DNA from: Eledone cirrhosa | Lineage: Eukaryota | Assembly: GCA_964016885.1 (NCBI GenBank) | Contig: OZ024741.1 | Coordinates: 325,686,001-325,750,000 of the forward strand | DNA length: 64,000 bases | Reading direction: 5' to 3' | Part shown: piece by piece, positions 14,023-25,150 of the stretch | How the letters are laid out: each line of letters starts with the position of its first letter | Numbering within the stretch: the stretch's first letter is position 1 | The notes under the pieces: generated by a model | The model's input: the letters and a program-made list of their open reading frames with translations, nothing else | Database searches by the model: none | Told to the model about the DNA's origin: nothing | Translations under genes and position numbers: made by a program

Positions 14023-14286
14023 GTGGAAAAGAGGAAGGAACGAGGGAGCACCCCTCTCTGTGCTCCTGAGGAAAAGGGTTGCACACCTTTTTCGGGGGTG
14101 TGTGCGACCCCCCAAGGCGCCTCCTCTCTATTGAGGATTTTGTTATAAATTTTATTTTTTGTTATATTTTATTTTATTTTTATATATTGTTATTGCCTCC
14201 TCCCTATTGAGGACGCCTTGTTTTGTAAACTCCCCCCCATTGTACTTGTCCCACTTTTGATGCCCTTGTGGCAAATAAAAGAAACA

Positions 14287-14361
<75 letters not shown>

Positions 14362-14362
14362 A

Positions 14363-14407
<45 letters not shown>
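14287..14407 (+). repeat. (TATC)n tract
   Basis: About 30 units with one TATA variant. Confidence 0.97.
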
Positions 14408-17400
14408 CTGGGATGGACACATGTGTTAAACTTGCTCGGTAAGTTTTGTTTAAATTTTTTTAGAAATTCGTCATTGTAAACTTTTATTTTTATACTATTT
14501 GTAGAGGGACTGACAGGTCAAATTTTGATCTGGTCAGTCTCCCAAAATATCGTGCCCCGCAGGACAAAAACATCCAAAATAATTTCGAAAAAAAAATTTT
14601 GCAAAACACTTCAATTTTTAAAAAATGGCTGAAGCAAGGCACTTACTTTTTTGTCAAAACAAGAAGATGGGAAGGGAAAGCCATGCCTACTTGACCAGCA
14701 GGTAGTTGCAGACATGGACAAAGGAATGCCAACATTATCGCCTCAACATTTAGAAGAGGAACAATCTTCAGCTGCTTGTAAGCAACTGAACACGCCTGAC
14801 GTCACAAACGTCATATGTATCCACACACAGAAGAAGTATATGTAGCAAATACTAACACTACCACAACCAACAACAACAACACAATAAATGAGAACAACAA
14901 CAATACAACAAAAGGAATCAACGGCAACACAACGAATGAGACCATCATCACCACCAACAACAACAATAACAACATTTCATTTGCAGCAACAGTTGCTAAG
15001 TAGCAGGTTTTTAAATACTACTCCATGGACATTTCCCAAAAGTCCCAATATTTGGAAGAAGCTTCCAACTATGTGACGTTTGAGGGAGACACCCCGCACA
15101 TACACATACCCCACAAGTAAGAGAAATGATACACAAAAAGAAACTAATTTATAAAACAGTTGACATCATTGCCAAAAAACCCATAACGCTCCCAACAAGC
15201 ACTATTGAAGCTGCACTAAAAGACATCAAGCCAGACGTGGCATACCCCCAAAGAGGTAAACAGTATGGAAGTGTGTCAGTGCTCTTTAAGAGCGAAACTC
15301 TGGCACAAAAACACTCAGTTCACCCAATAAAAACGGATCAACACATCTTCTTCCCCGCATACATGGGAAGACGATCCTACAAAATAAAAATAACCAGGAT
15401 CCCAGCAGAGGTCAACATATGGTGGATCCTACGTTGTATCCTGAAGAAGGATGAGGACACCCTCCAATCTGTAGACAGGACAGACCGGCATAACTGGTTT
15501 GGAACCTGCATCGAGGTTCTGGTACAAATGAGGCCAGAGAGAGTTGAGAAAATACCGGACAGGATCAGCCTTGAGGAAGATGTCATCTCCATTTTAGTGG
15601 AGGGGAAAAGACCTCAGTGCTATAAGTGTGGGAAAACCACACACTTAAAGGCCTTTTGCCCTCTCTTAAACAAACCGAGGACAAACAAGGTGTTATTACC
15701 AACACCAAAACCCCATCATCAACACTCCAAACCAAACACAACACAAACACCTGCAACATCCACTTCCACATCACCACAGACCACAGACCAGAGACAACCA
15801 CACACACAAAATCGCACTGAAAAACCCTCCATTGCCTCTTCCCCCTCTGTCAAATACTTCCATAAACACCTGCGCAAACACTCCACCACACAACATACCC
15901 CTCTCATCTACCCCTGATTCAGAAGTCTCAGATACGGGAACCTCTACATCTCCAAGTGAGAATGAAGAGGAACCCCCAAAATCCAAAAAACGAAAAAGAC
16001 ACAAAAAAGACACAAAAACATCTACAGAAAACACGCACACACCCAACCCCACCATAAACACACCGCCTCAAACAACAAACACACCAACAACACAATCACC
16101 ACCAACACAACCAAACACTTCACCAACAAAACAAACACCCACACCACCATAATCACAAACCCAACCACAAAAAGAAAACTACAAACAGAAACAGTACACA
16201 TAAAAAACAAAACACACTACACATACATAAAAACAAAAAACAAAGAACTGGTGGAAACTGTCCGAAAGGACCCCACAATACAAACAGAAGGGAAAACCTT
16301 CCCCACCAACGATCCACCCCTAAACCTCAAACTTATCAGGGTAACAACCCTACAGTATGAAACTTTAAAAGAGAATTTCCTACATGATGTGGGACCCCCT
16401 TGCCAAAAGCCTCTTAACTGTGTCCTGCTAAAAGGATTCCCTCCCTCCCCAAACACCACCAATCTGGACATGGAGATCGAAGAACCCGACCTCCAGGAAA
16501 CGAAAAGGTAAGTGTTCCTGCCTTTTCTCTCTTTAACTCTTCTTCACCAACATGGCGACTATACAAGCAACATGTCCCATGATTTTGAGATCTACGCATC
16601 TCTCTGTCAGCCAGGAGGTGGAGGGGGAGTTGCTGTTCTGTTTCGAAAAAGCTTGGATCTCAAAATACAGACGATTCACTTGAACCCGGAGAACAGCCTG
16701 GTGGTCCTAGACGTGAATGGTAGTGAAGGTGGAGCTTTCAGACTGGTTGCCGTGTATGCCCCGACTGGGACATCGCGACCAGAGTTCTTCAAGCGTCTAG
16801 AGCCATTCCTGGGAACGTCTCACTCTTTAGTGTTAGCGGGGACTGGAATGGCATCTTAGACGCACGTTGGGACTATGTAGGAGCTTGTGATAATAGAGGG
16901 GTGTAATAGCCTCAAAAATTTCATCAGCCAATTCCAACTGGCTGATAGGTATCGACTAGACTTCCCAAGTGCACCACTGTGGACGTGGAGCAACCGCACT
17001 GCGTCTTCTAGATCGTATTTAGATAGATTTTTAATTAGACAGAATGATAAGGAAACATTAAGCTGTCCACAAATGCACATGGTTGCCTATTCAGACCACA
17101 AATTAGTCACCTGTGTAAGTCAACCTTGATAGAACACATAGACAGGGACCCGGATACTGGAAGCTAAACATGTCACTCCCGGCGTGTAAGGCCTACAGTA
17201 AACGGATTAGCACCTTAATTAAGTTCCAGTTGACGGGGGCGATCGTCAACAACAGGTGGTGGAGCTCTGTCAAGAGAGCAATTAGAATAGAATCGATAGT
17301 ATTTAGCAAGGAAGTAGCTTTAGAAAAAAACAAAACTGAAAAGGAACTGGTAGCTAAAATAGAAGAGGCACTTAGGAATGGCAGTACAGCTGACGTGCTA

Positions 17401-20096
17401 GCGGCGAGAACGGCACTAGACCAGTTCTTCAACGTGAAACACGAAGCTTGTATTGTCAGAAGTAGAACAGGTGCTTTAAGAAACGAGGGAGCCAAAGATG
17501 TTAGCTGGGCCCGAGTGGCAGAGGCGAAAAATGGCAACAAATCCACAATTCAGTCTTTGCAAGACAAAGATGGACGCATTATACTTGAATCCAAGCAGAT
17601 GTGCGCAGCCTACCAGCAGCATTTTGCACAACTGTTCGGGCAAAGCGATACATCGAGCGAGGTGATGGACTTCAGCTCCTAATTCGACGGCGTACCGCGA
17701 CTCTCGAGCACGGGTGCAGAGAGCTGCGAAAGGCCGATCACAGCGGGCGAAATAGAAGATGCCCTAGGCCGCTGCGGGAAACGCAAATCACCCGGTTTAG
17801 ATGGTCTACCCTATGAGTTTTACATAGGCATGCCAGACTTGTACTCTGTCGTCCTCAAAGCCGTCTACTGCAACTGGCAGCAGAACGGGAGGATTCCCAG
17901 TACTGTAGGCAGAGGCGTAGTAATGCTGATCAGGAAAGATGAGAACAAGAGGGGGGGGGGGGGTGAGATAAGTAATTTCAGGCCCATAACTCTGCTCAAC
18001 ACTGAGTTAAAGATTTTGGCCAAGGTGTTAGCAGCAAGGTGGCGCTTGTCGTCGAGAACCTGGTAGGGGAAGCCCAAACGTATGCAATCCCGACCAGGTC
18101 CATACACTACAACCTCCACCTCATGCGATACATCATAGAGATGGTACGGTGTAAACCTGGCTTTGGTGGGGGCTCTGATCAATTTAGATCAGTCTAAGGC
18201 ATTTGATAGAGTCGACCATCAATACTTGGAAGCAGTTCTCAAGGCGGCCGGCTTCGGTCCCGTCTTCAGAAGCTGGAGCGCTGCCATGCACACCAGCATC
18301 TGTTCGGCAGTCAAGGTGAATGGCTACCTATCAGAGCCATTCCAAATCATGCGTTCCATCCGTCAGGGATGCCCTCTCTTCTCCATTCTGTATGTACTGA
18401 CTCTAGAGCCGTTACTGCGTAAATTGGGGCTGTTGCAGGGCATCCCGATCGAACCAGAACTGCGGAAAGCAGCGTCAGTATATGCCGAGAACATAACCGT
18501 AATGGTGTCGAAAACCTCGGAAATCAGGGTAATCGGCAACCTATTACAGGAATACGAAACGTTGACAGGAGCAAGACTAAACCCAAACAAGTCTGTCGGT
18601 TTGCAACTCGGCACATGGAGAGGCAAACCCATGCCTTCCGACAGTCTCGTTGGACGCTGGACGGAAGGACCGGTGAAATTGCTCTGGGTCTAGTTCGGTC
18701 CAGACCTCCAGGTGGACAAGAACTGGAACGAAGTCACGGCAAAGGTGTGTGCACTCACCCAGAAGTGGGTTGAGTGCAAACTCTTCTTGAAAGGTTGAGC
18801 GGAGGTGCCAAACACTTACATAACGTCCGTCATCTACTACCGCTTGACAGTCGTGCCTTGCCCCCGCGAATACCTTACCAAAATGGAACGCATACTCTTC
18901 AAGTTCCTCTGGAGAAAACAGGCTCCATTGGTGAGGAGATCCATCTGCTGTCAACACCCTTATAACGGAGGACTGGGTATGCCGTGGCTGATGATGCGCA
19001 AACATGCGCTGAGGCTACGCCATCTCCAGGTATTCCTGACCAGTGAACCGGTGTGGCTGTCGTTTGTGAGACAAGCTCTTCCACAACTCGTCTCACTAAC
19101 AGAGCTGCAGTCCTCGGTCAAGCGAAGACCGAAAATGGGTGCCTGGCACTTCGAATGCCTACAGGCGCTCACAGCCCTCTACCAAGCAGAAACCGCAATC
19201 TACTTCAACATTCTATAGGGGATTAGTGGAGGATAAGTGTGACGACGTTCTCGGGGAAACTCTAGGCATCGAGGAGGACGAACTGACCAGTCTGTTCGGG
19301 AGGACTTTCCGTCCAGGGCCTATGGACAACTTCCAGAGGTCTCTCGCCTGGCAGTGCTACCGAGGAGCTCTACCAGTTCGAGACAAAATCTACAGGCACG
19401 GACGCCCTGGCAGAGATCCTGCCAAAAGGACCTGTCCAAGATGCGAGCAGGACATCGAAACCGTTCTGCACGCAATTGTTCAGTGCCCAGGGGTGACCGA
19501 CCTGTGGAATTATGTCGAACAGCTGCTCTCACGTGTGGGACGCATCCAGTTGTCAGCCGAGTCCATCGTGAGGATCACCCCGCTGCCTTCATTTAAGAAC
19601 GAAGGAGAGGCGGTTTTCCTGTCTGGTGGCTTTGGCGAAAGAGGTAATATGGTGGACGAGATTAAAAGGACTGAGGGCAAACACCTTTCTCTCCGGACAA
19701 CAACTTATCCCCTTCTTTAAGTATCACTTTAGAAGGAAGGTGAGAGTGGAGAGAGAGCTGCTACACCCCAGTAAATTCGCTGAAAGGTGGGTGAATGTGG
19801 CAAAAATGGCCTGAGTGAATGGGCCTGCTCTGTATAGAAACCTGTAGGGTGAGGAAGATAAACAGAGGGAAGACAGGAACACGTACAAAACGTGTTCCTG
19901 GTGTTGAGGGTTGCTCTATCTACGGGGTGTAAAACAACCCTGCAGTAACGTTCCCCCTATTGGGGATTTCAATTGTTATTTTATTATATATAGTTTATTG
20001 TTATTTATTATTGTTAAAGTTATTTTTATGTAAAACCCCCGCCGTCACGTCTTGTAATGTGCAATTTTGTACGCCCCTGTGGCAGATAAAGAAAGA
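14408..20096 (+). mobile_element. E4: full-length, degenerate copy (subfamily D)
   Basis: 5'UTR like E3; ORF1 remnants 14625-16511 (CYKCGKTTHLKAFC, ends MEIEEPDLQETKR*); ORF2 remnants 16552-19847 with many stops and frameshifts (YADD mutated to YAEN). Confidence 0.92.
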
Positions 20097-20116
20097 TATC
20101 TATCTATCTATCTATC
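20097..20116 (+). repeat. (TATC)5 tract
   Basis: Short perfect tract. Confidence 0.95.
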
Positions 20117-20686
20117 TTCCGGTTGACCACCGAGTCTATTGTAATGATCAAGCCGCCTCCCCCCTTCAAAGATGAAGCAGAGGCGGTGTTTCTGTGCGTA
20201 ATAGCCATGGCGAAAGAGGTTGTATGGTGGACGCGTCTGAAAGGACTGAGGTCAGGCACCTTTCTCTCTGGCCAACAACTGGTCCGTTTCTTCCGATATC
20301 ATTTCGGAAGAAGGATCAGGATGGAGAGAGAGGTGCAGCACCCCAGCCGTTTCTATGAAAGATGGGTGAAAGTGGCGAGAATGGCCCGTGTGAATGGGCC
20401 TTCACTCTACATCAGACTATAGGTGAGGAAGATGAAAGACCAAGGGAGCACCCCTTCTCTGTGCTCCTGAGGAGAAGGGTTGCACACTTTTTTCGGGGGT
20501 GTGTGCGACCCCCCAAGGCGCCTCCTCTCTATTGAGGATTTTGTTATAAATTTTATTTTTTGTTATATCTTATTTTATTTTTATATTTTGTTATTGCCTC
20601 CTCCTTATTGAGGACGCCTTTTTGTGTAAACTCCCCCCTTTGTACTTGTCCCACTTTTGATGCCCTAGTGGCAAATAAAAGAAACA
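20117..20686 (+). mobile_element. E5: 5'-truncated copy (subfamily B, ~570 bp)
   Basis: Near-identical to the 3' end of E11; ORF2 stop 20422. Confidence 0.94.

Positions 20687-20740
<54 letters not shown>
20687..20740 (+). repeat. (TATC)n tract
   Basis: About 13 units. Confidence 0.97.
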
Positions 20741-21167
20741 GGTTGAAAGGGCTGAGGTCAGACACCTTTCTCTCCGGCCAACAACTGATTCTTTTTTTCA
20801 AATACCACTTTGGAAGAAGAATCAGGATGGAGAGAGAGGTGCTGTACCCCAGCAAGTTTTATGAAAGGTGGGTGAAAGTGGCGAGAATGGCCCGAGTGAA
20901 TGGGCCTTCTCTCTATATCAGCCTGTAGGTTGAGGAAAAGGAGGAGGAGAGGAAAGGAGTACAAGCTCTTCGTACTCCTGGAGATGAGGGTTGCACATTT
21001 TTTTCGGGGGTCTGTGTTACCCATATAAACTGTCTCCCTCTATTGGGGAAAATCGACTAACTTTTAAATTCCATCTGTGATAACATTTTACACGTTTTTA
21101 TTGTATGTAAACTTCCCCCTTTGTATTTGTCCCCTTCTTTTGTGCCCCTGTGGCTAATAAAGAAATA
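20741..21167 (+). mobile_element. E6: 5'-truncated copy (subfamily C, ~430 bp)
   Basis: Starts GGTTGAAAGGGCTG within the ORF2 tail; stop 20928; C-type 3'UTR. Confidence 0.94.

Positions 21168-21230
<63 letters not shown>
21168..21230 (+). repeat. (TATC)n tract
   Basis: About 16 units. Confidence 0.97.
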
Positions 21231-21231
<1 letters not shown>

Positions 21232-22894
21232 AGACGTGTGTAACTTCGCGGAGAAGTGTCCAAGATGCGCTTATGCCGACGACGTAACGGTAATGGTGTC
21301 GAGCACCTCGGAAATCGGGGTGATCGGCAACATACTGAAAGAATACGAAACGCTGACGGGAGCAAAACTAAACCCAGACAAGTCTGTCGGTTTGCAACTC
21401 GGTACGTGGAGAGGCAAACCGATGACATCCGACAGCGTCGTTGGACGCTGGACGGACGGACCGGTGAAATTGCTCGGGGTCTGGTTCGGTCCAGACCTCC
21501 AGGTGGAGAAAAACTGGAACGAGGTCACGGCCAAGGTGTTTGCACTCACTCAGAAGTGGGCAGAGTGCAAACTGTCCTTGAAATGTCGAGCGGAGGTGGC
21601 GAACACTTTCATAGCGTCCGTCATCTACTACCGCTTGACTGTCGTGCCTTGTCCCCGTGAACACCTCGCCAAGATGGAACGCATGTTCTTCCAGTTTCTG
21701 TGGAAGAAGCAGGCTCCGCTGGTGAGGAGATCCGTCTGCTGTCAGCACCCTTCCAACGGAGGGCTGGGAATGCCGTGGCTGATGATGCGCAAACATGCGC
21801 TGAGGCTGCGGCATCTCCAGGTATTCCTCACCGACCCCCAACCGGTGTGGGCACCGTTTGTGAGACAGGCTTTCCCACAGCTCGTCTCGCTAACGGAGCT
21901 GCAGTCCTGGGTGAAGAAAAGACCGAAAACGATGGGCGCCTGGCACATTGAATGCGCTCAGGCGCTCACAGTCCTCTGGCAAGCGGGCGCAGCAATCAGT
22001 GGAGACTCCACTTCGACATTCTATAGAGGGATTGTACGTTACAAGGGCGACGACGTGCTCGGAGAGACTCTGGGCGTCGAAGACGATGAGCTCACCAGTA
22101 TGTTTGGTAGGACTTTCCGCCCGGGACCTATGGACAACTTCCAGAGGTCCCTGGCCTGGCAGTGCTACCGAGGAGCTCTACCAGTTCGAGACAAGCTCTA
22201 CAGACATGGGCGCCCGGGCAGGGACCCTGCAAAAAAGATCTGTCCGAGGTGCGTGCGAGACGAAGAAACCGTCGCGCACGCATTCATACACTGCCCGGGC
22301 GTCACTGACCTGTGGGGATATGTAGAACGACTATTGTCGCGGGTGGGACCAATCCAGTTGACCACCGAGTCCATTGTCATGATCAAACCGCCACCCTCCT
22401 TCAAAAACGAAGGAGAGGCGGTTTTCCTTTGTGTGATAGCTATGGCGAAAGAGGTTGTATGGTGGACAAGGTTGAAAGGGCTGAGGTCAGACACCTTTCT
22501 CTCCGGCCAACAACTGATTCTTTTTTTCAAATACCACTTTGGAAGAAGAATCAGGATGGAGAGAGAGGTGCTGTACCCCAGCAAGTTTTATGAAAGGTGG
22601 GTGAAAGTGGCGAGAATGGCCCGAGTGAATGGGCCTTCTCTCTATATCAGCCTGTAGATTGAGGAAAAGGAGGAGGAGAGGAAAGGAGTACAAGCTCTTC
22701 GTACTCCTGGAGATGAGGGTTGCACATTTTTTTTCGGGGGTATGTGTTACCCATATAAACTGTCTCCCTCTATTGGGGAAAATCGACTAACTTTTAAATT
22801 CCATCTGTGATAACATTTTACACGTTTTTATTGTATGTAAACTTCCCCCTTTGTATTTGTCCCCTTCTTTTGTGCCCCTGTGGCTAATAAAGAA

Positions 22895-22895
<1 letters not shown>
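21231..22895 (+). mobile_element. E7: chimeric/internally deleted copy: ~31-nt 5' head fused to ORF2 from AYADD onward
   Basis: 21231-21261 matches the E8/E13 5' terminus; AYADD codons start at 21269; ORF2 stop 22657. Confidence 0.9.
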
Positions 22896-22974
<79 letters not shown>

Positions 22975-22980
22975 CTCTAT
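22896..22980 (+). repeat. (TATC)n tract
   Basis: About 21 units ending TCTCTCTAT. Confidence 0.97.
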
Positions 22981-23200
22981 CAGACGTGTGTCACTTCGCG
23001 GAGAAGTTTCCGTTAATTTATGTAAGAAAAAAAACGTGAGTTTTTAGTTAAATTTTATATCATTGTGTAACTTGACCACCCGTCTGGACCTTCAGGTGGT
23101 GGGTCAACTCATTTTCGCCCCCTATAGGGGCGGAATATCCATTTAAAAAATTTTTCTCCATCGAATCTTGGAAAAAATATTGTAAAATTTTGATTACGTT

Positions 23201-25117
23201 ATGAACGCTGCGTCCAACGATAATGGTGGTGGAGAGGCGGTAAGACTACAAAGCTCGCAGTCAACAACGTCTTCTTCACTAGATACTATAGAGATGGAAA
23301 GACAAAATGAAAATAGAAAAACGAATTCATATCCAAACAACACAAATGACACCAAACAGTTCAATGACAACAAAAATAACAGCAAAACCAATAATGATGA
23401 TAAAAGCAACAATGATAACAACAACAAAGAAAAAAATAAAGACAACGCCAATAACACCAGCATCAAAGACAACAACAACACCAAGGAAAATACGGATGAT
23501 ACCAACATCGGTGACAACAAGAATAACAACAAGAATAACAACAATAATGACAACACCACCAATACGGATTCCACAAAGAAACCAAAAATCTCCTTTGCAG
23601 AGAAAGTTCAAAAGAAAGAAGAATTGATATATCTCGACATAACAAATGCTGAACAACTTTTAAAGGACGCTAAGAGATATGTCACCTTCGAAAAAAATGG
23701 TGCTTTCAGCATCAATTCTCCGGTAGAAATTCGCAAGGAAACTGCTCTCAAAACGATAGTTTTTAGGACAGTTTCCAATTCTACCCGAAAACCAGTCCAA
23801 TTGTCACAGAAAGAAATTGAACTGGTTTTCAAAAATTCAATGAATGATATTGCATTCATTCAAAGAAGCAAACTTTTTGGGAGTATTTCGGTACTCATGA
23901 AGGATCAATTGACGGCCCAAAATTACTCTGTGTCGCCAATTGTATCCAACCTGTACACCTTTTTCCCTACATACATGGGAAAAAGGACACAAAAGATCAG
24001 AATCACAAGTGTCACACCAAAGGTGAACATATGGTGGATACTGTGCGGCTTCATCAATTTTGATGAAGACAGAATACTGTCAGTAGGAAAGACCCCCAGA
24101 GATGTACTCAATGGGACTAGCATTGAAGTTCTGGTGCAAATGAGCCCAGAGCGAATAGCTATGATCCCACAGCGTGTACTCCTGGACGGACTCACCTACA
24201 TAAACCTTTCGGTTGAGGGTAGGCGGCCTGCATGTTACCATTGCTTTAGCAGGGGTCACCTGAGGGCTTCCTGTCCTAAACTAATGAACCAAAAAAAGGC
24301 TCTTCTGCCGACACCCATCAAAACAACACAACCACCAACACCACCACAACAACAACAACACCAACACACAAAAATAACCACAACAAACACAGTCCCACCC
24401 AACCCCACTCCACCTAAAACCACTGCAAAATCACATACAGACACAACAGCTCCCCAAGACATACCCCTCCCCAATCACACAGACGATACAACAGATGAGG
24501 CTATCTCGCCATCACCCAGTGAAGACGAGGGAGAACCCCATCGCTCGAAAAGAAAGAAAAGACATCACAAAAGCAAAAAACCAGCAAACACTACCACAAA
24601 CATACAACCACCAACACAAACAACAAAAATATCACAAACAAAACCCCCACCTGCTGAAAACAAAATACCTACAACAAAACGAAAGCACACACAAGAACTA
24701 CAGACAAAAACAAACACAACACAAGAAAATTACACTTACACTTACATAAACACTGAAAACAAAACACTAATGGAGACCATCACGAACGACCCTTCGGTTT
24801 TCACCGAAGGGAAAACTTTCGCCCACTCTATTAAAAATAGTAAAAAACTGAACCTAAAACTGATTAGGGTCCCTATACAAACTTATAGGTCCCTAAAAGA
24901 AACATTTGAGAAGGATGTGGGTAATTCCTGCGCGAAACTACTCAACCGCGTCCTTCTCAAATGCCTCCCCACCCCAGACACCCCCATCCCACCAGACCCC
25001 ACCCCACCAAACATCTGCATCCCCACCCCGCCGGAAACCACCACCCATCCAGACAACCACTCCAACACCCCCATGGAAATCGTGCGGCCTGGTCCCCAGG
25101 AGGCGAAGGGTGAGTGA
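23201..25117 (+). CDS. E8 ORF1 protein, 638 aa, gag-like nucleic-acid-binding protein
   Basis: Open frame; Asn-rich N-terminus, ISFA motif, conserved central domain, CYHCFSRGHLRASC knuckle, Pro/Thr-rich region, basic patch, conserved C-terminal block. Confidence 0.92.
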   Translation: MNAASNDNGGGEAVRLQSSQSTTSSSLDTIEMERQNENRKTNSYPNNTNDTKQFNDNKNNSKTNNDDKSNNDNNNKEKNKDNANNTSIKDNNNTKENTDDTNIGDNKNNNKNNNNNDNTTNTDSTKKPKISFAEKVQKKEELIYLDITNAEQLLKDAKRYVTFEKNGAFSINSPVEIRKETALKTIVFRTVSNSTRKPVQLSQKEIELVFKNSMNDIAFIQRSKLFGSISVLMKDQLTAQNYSVSPIVSNLYTFFPTYMGKRTQKIRITSVTPKVNIWWILCGFINFDEDRILSVGKTPRDVLNGTSIEVLVQMSPERIAMIPQRVLLDGLTYINLSVEGRRPACYHCFSRGHLRASCPKLMNQKKALLPTPIKTTQPPTPPQQQQHQHTKITTTNTVPPNPTPPKTTAKSHTDTTAPQDIPLPNHTDDTTDEAISPSPSEDEGEPHRSKRKKRHHKSKKPANTTTNIQPPTQTTKISQTKPPPAENKIPTTKRKHTQELQTKTNTTQENYTYTYINTENKTLMETITNDPSVFTEGKTFAHSIKNSKKLNLKLIRVPIQTYRSLKETFEKDVGNSCAKLLNRVLLKCLPTPDTPIPPDPTPPNICIPTPPETTTHPDNHSNTPMEIVRPGPQEAKGE

Positions 25118-25150
25118 TCTCTTTTCCTCTTTTAACTTTTCAGCACCAAC

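Larger units (their letters stand above)
8503..14286 (+). mobile_element. E3: full-length copy (ORF2 subfamily B), frameshifted
   Basis: 5'UTR beginning CTGGGATGGACAC, ORF1, ORF2, 3'UTR, AATAAA, TATC tract. Confidence 0.95.
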
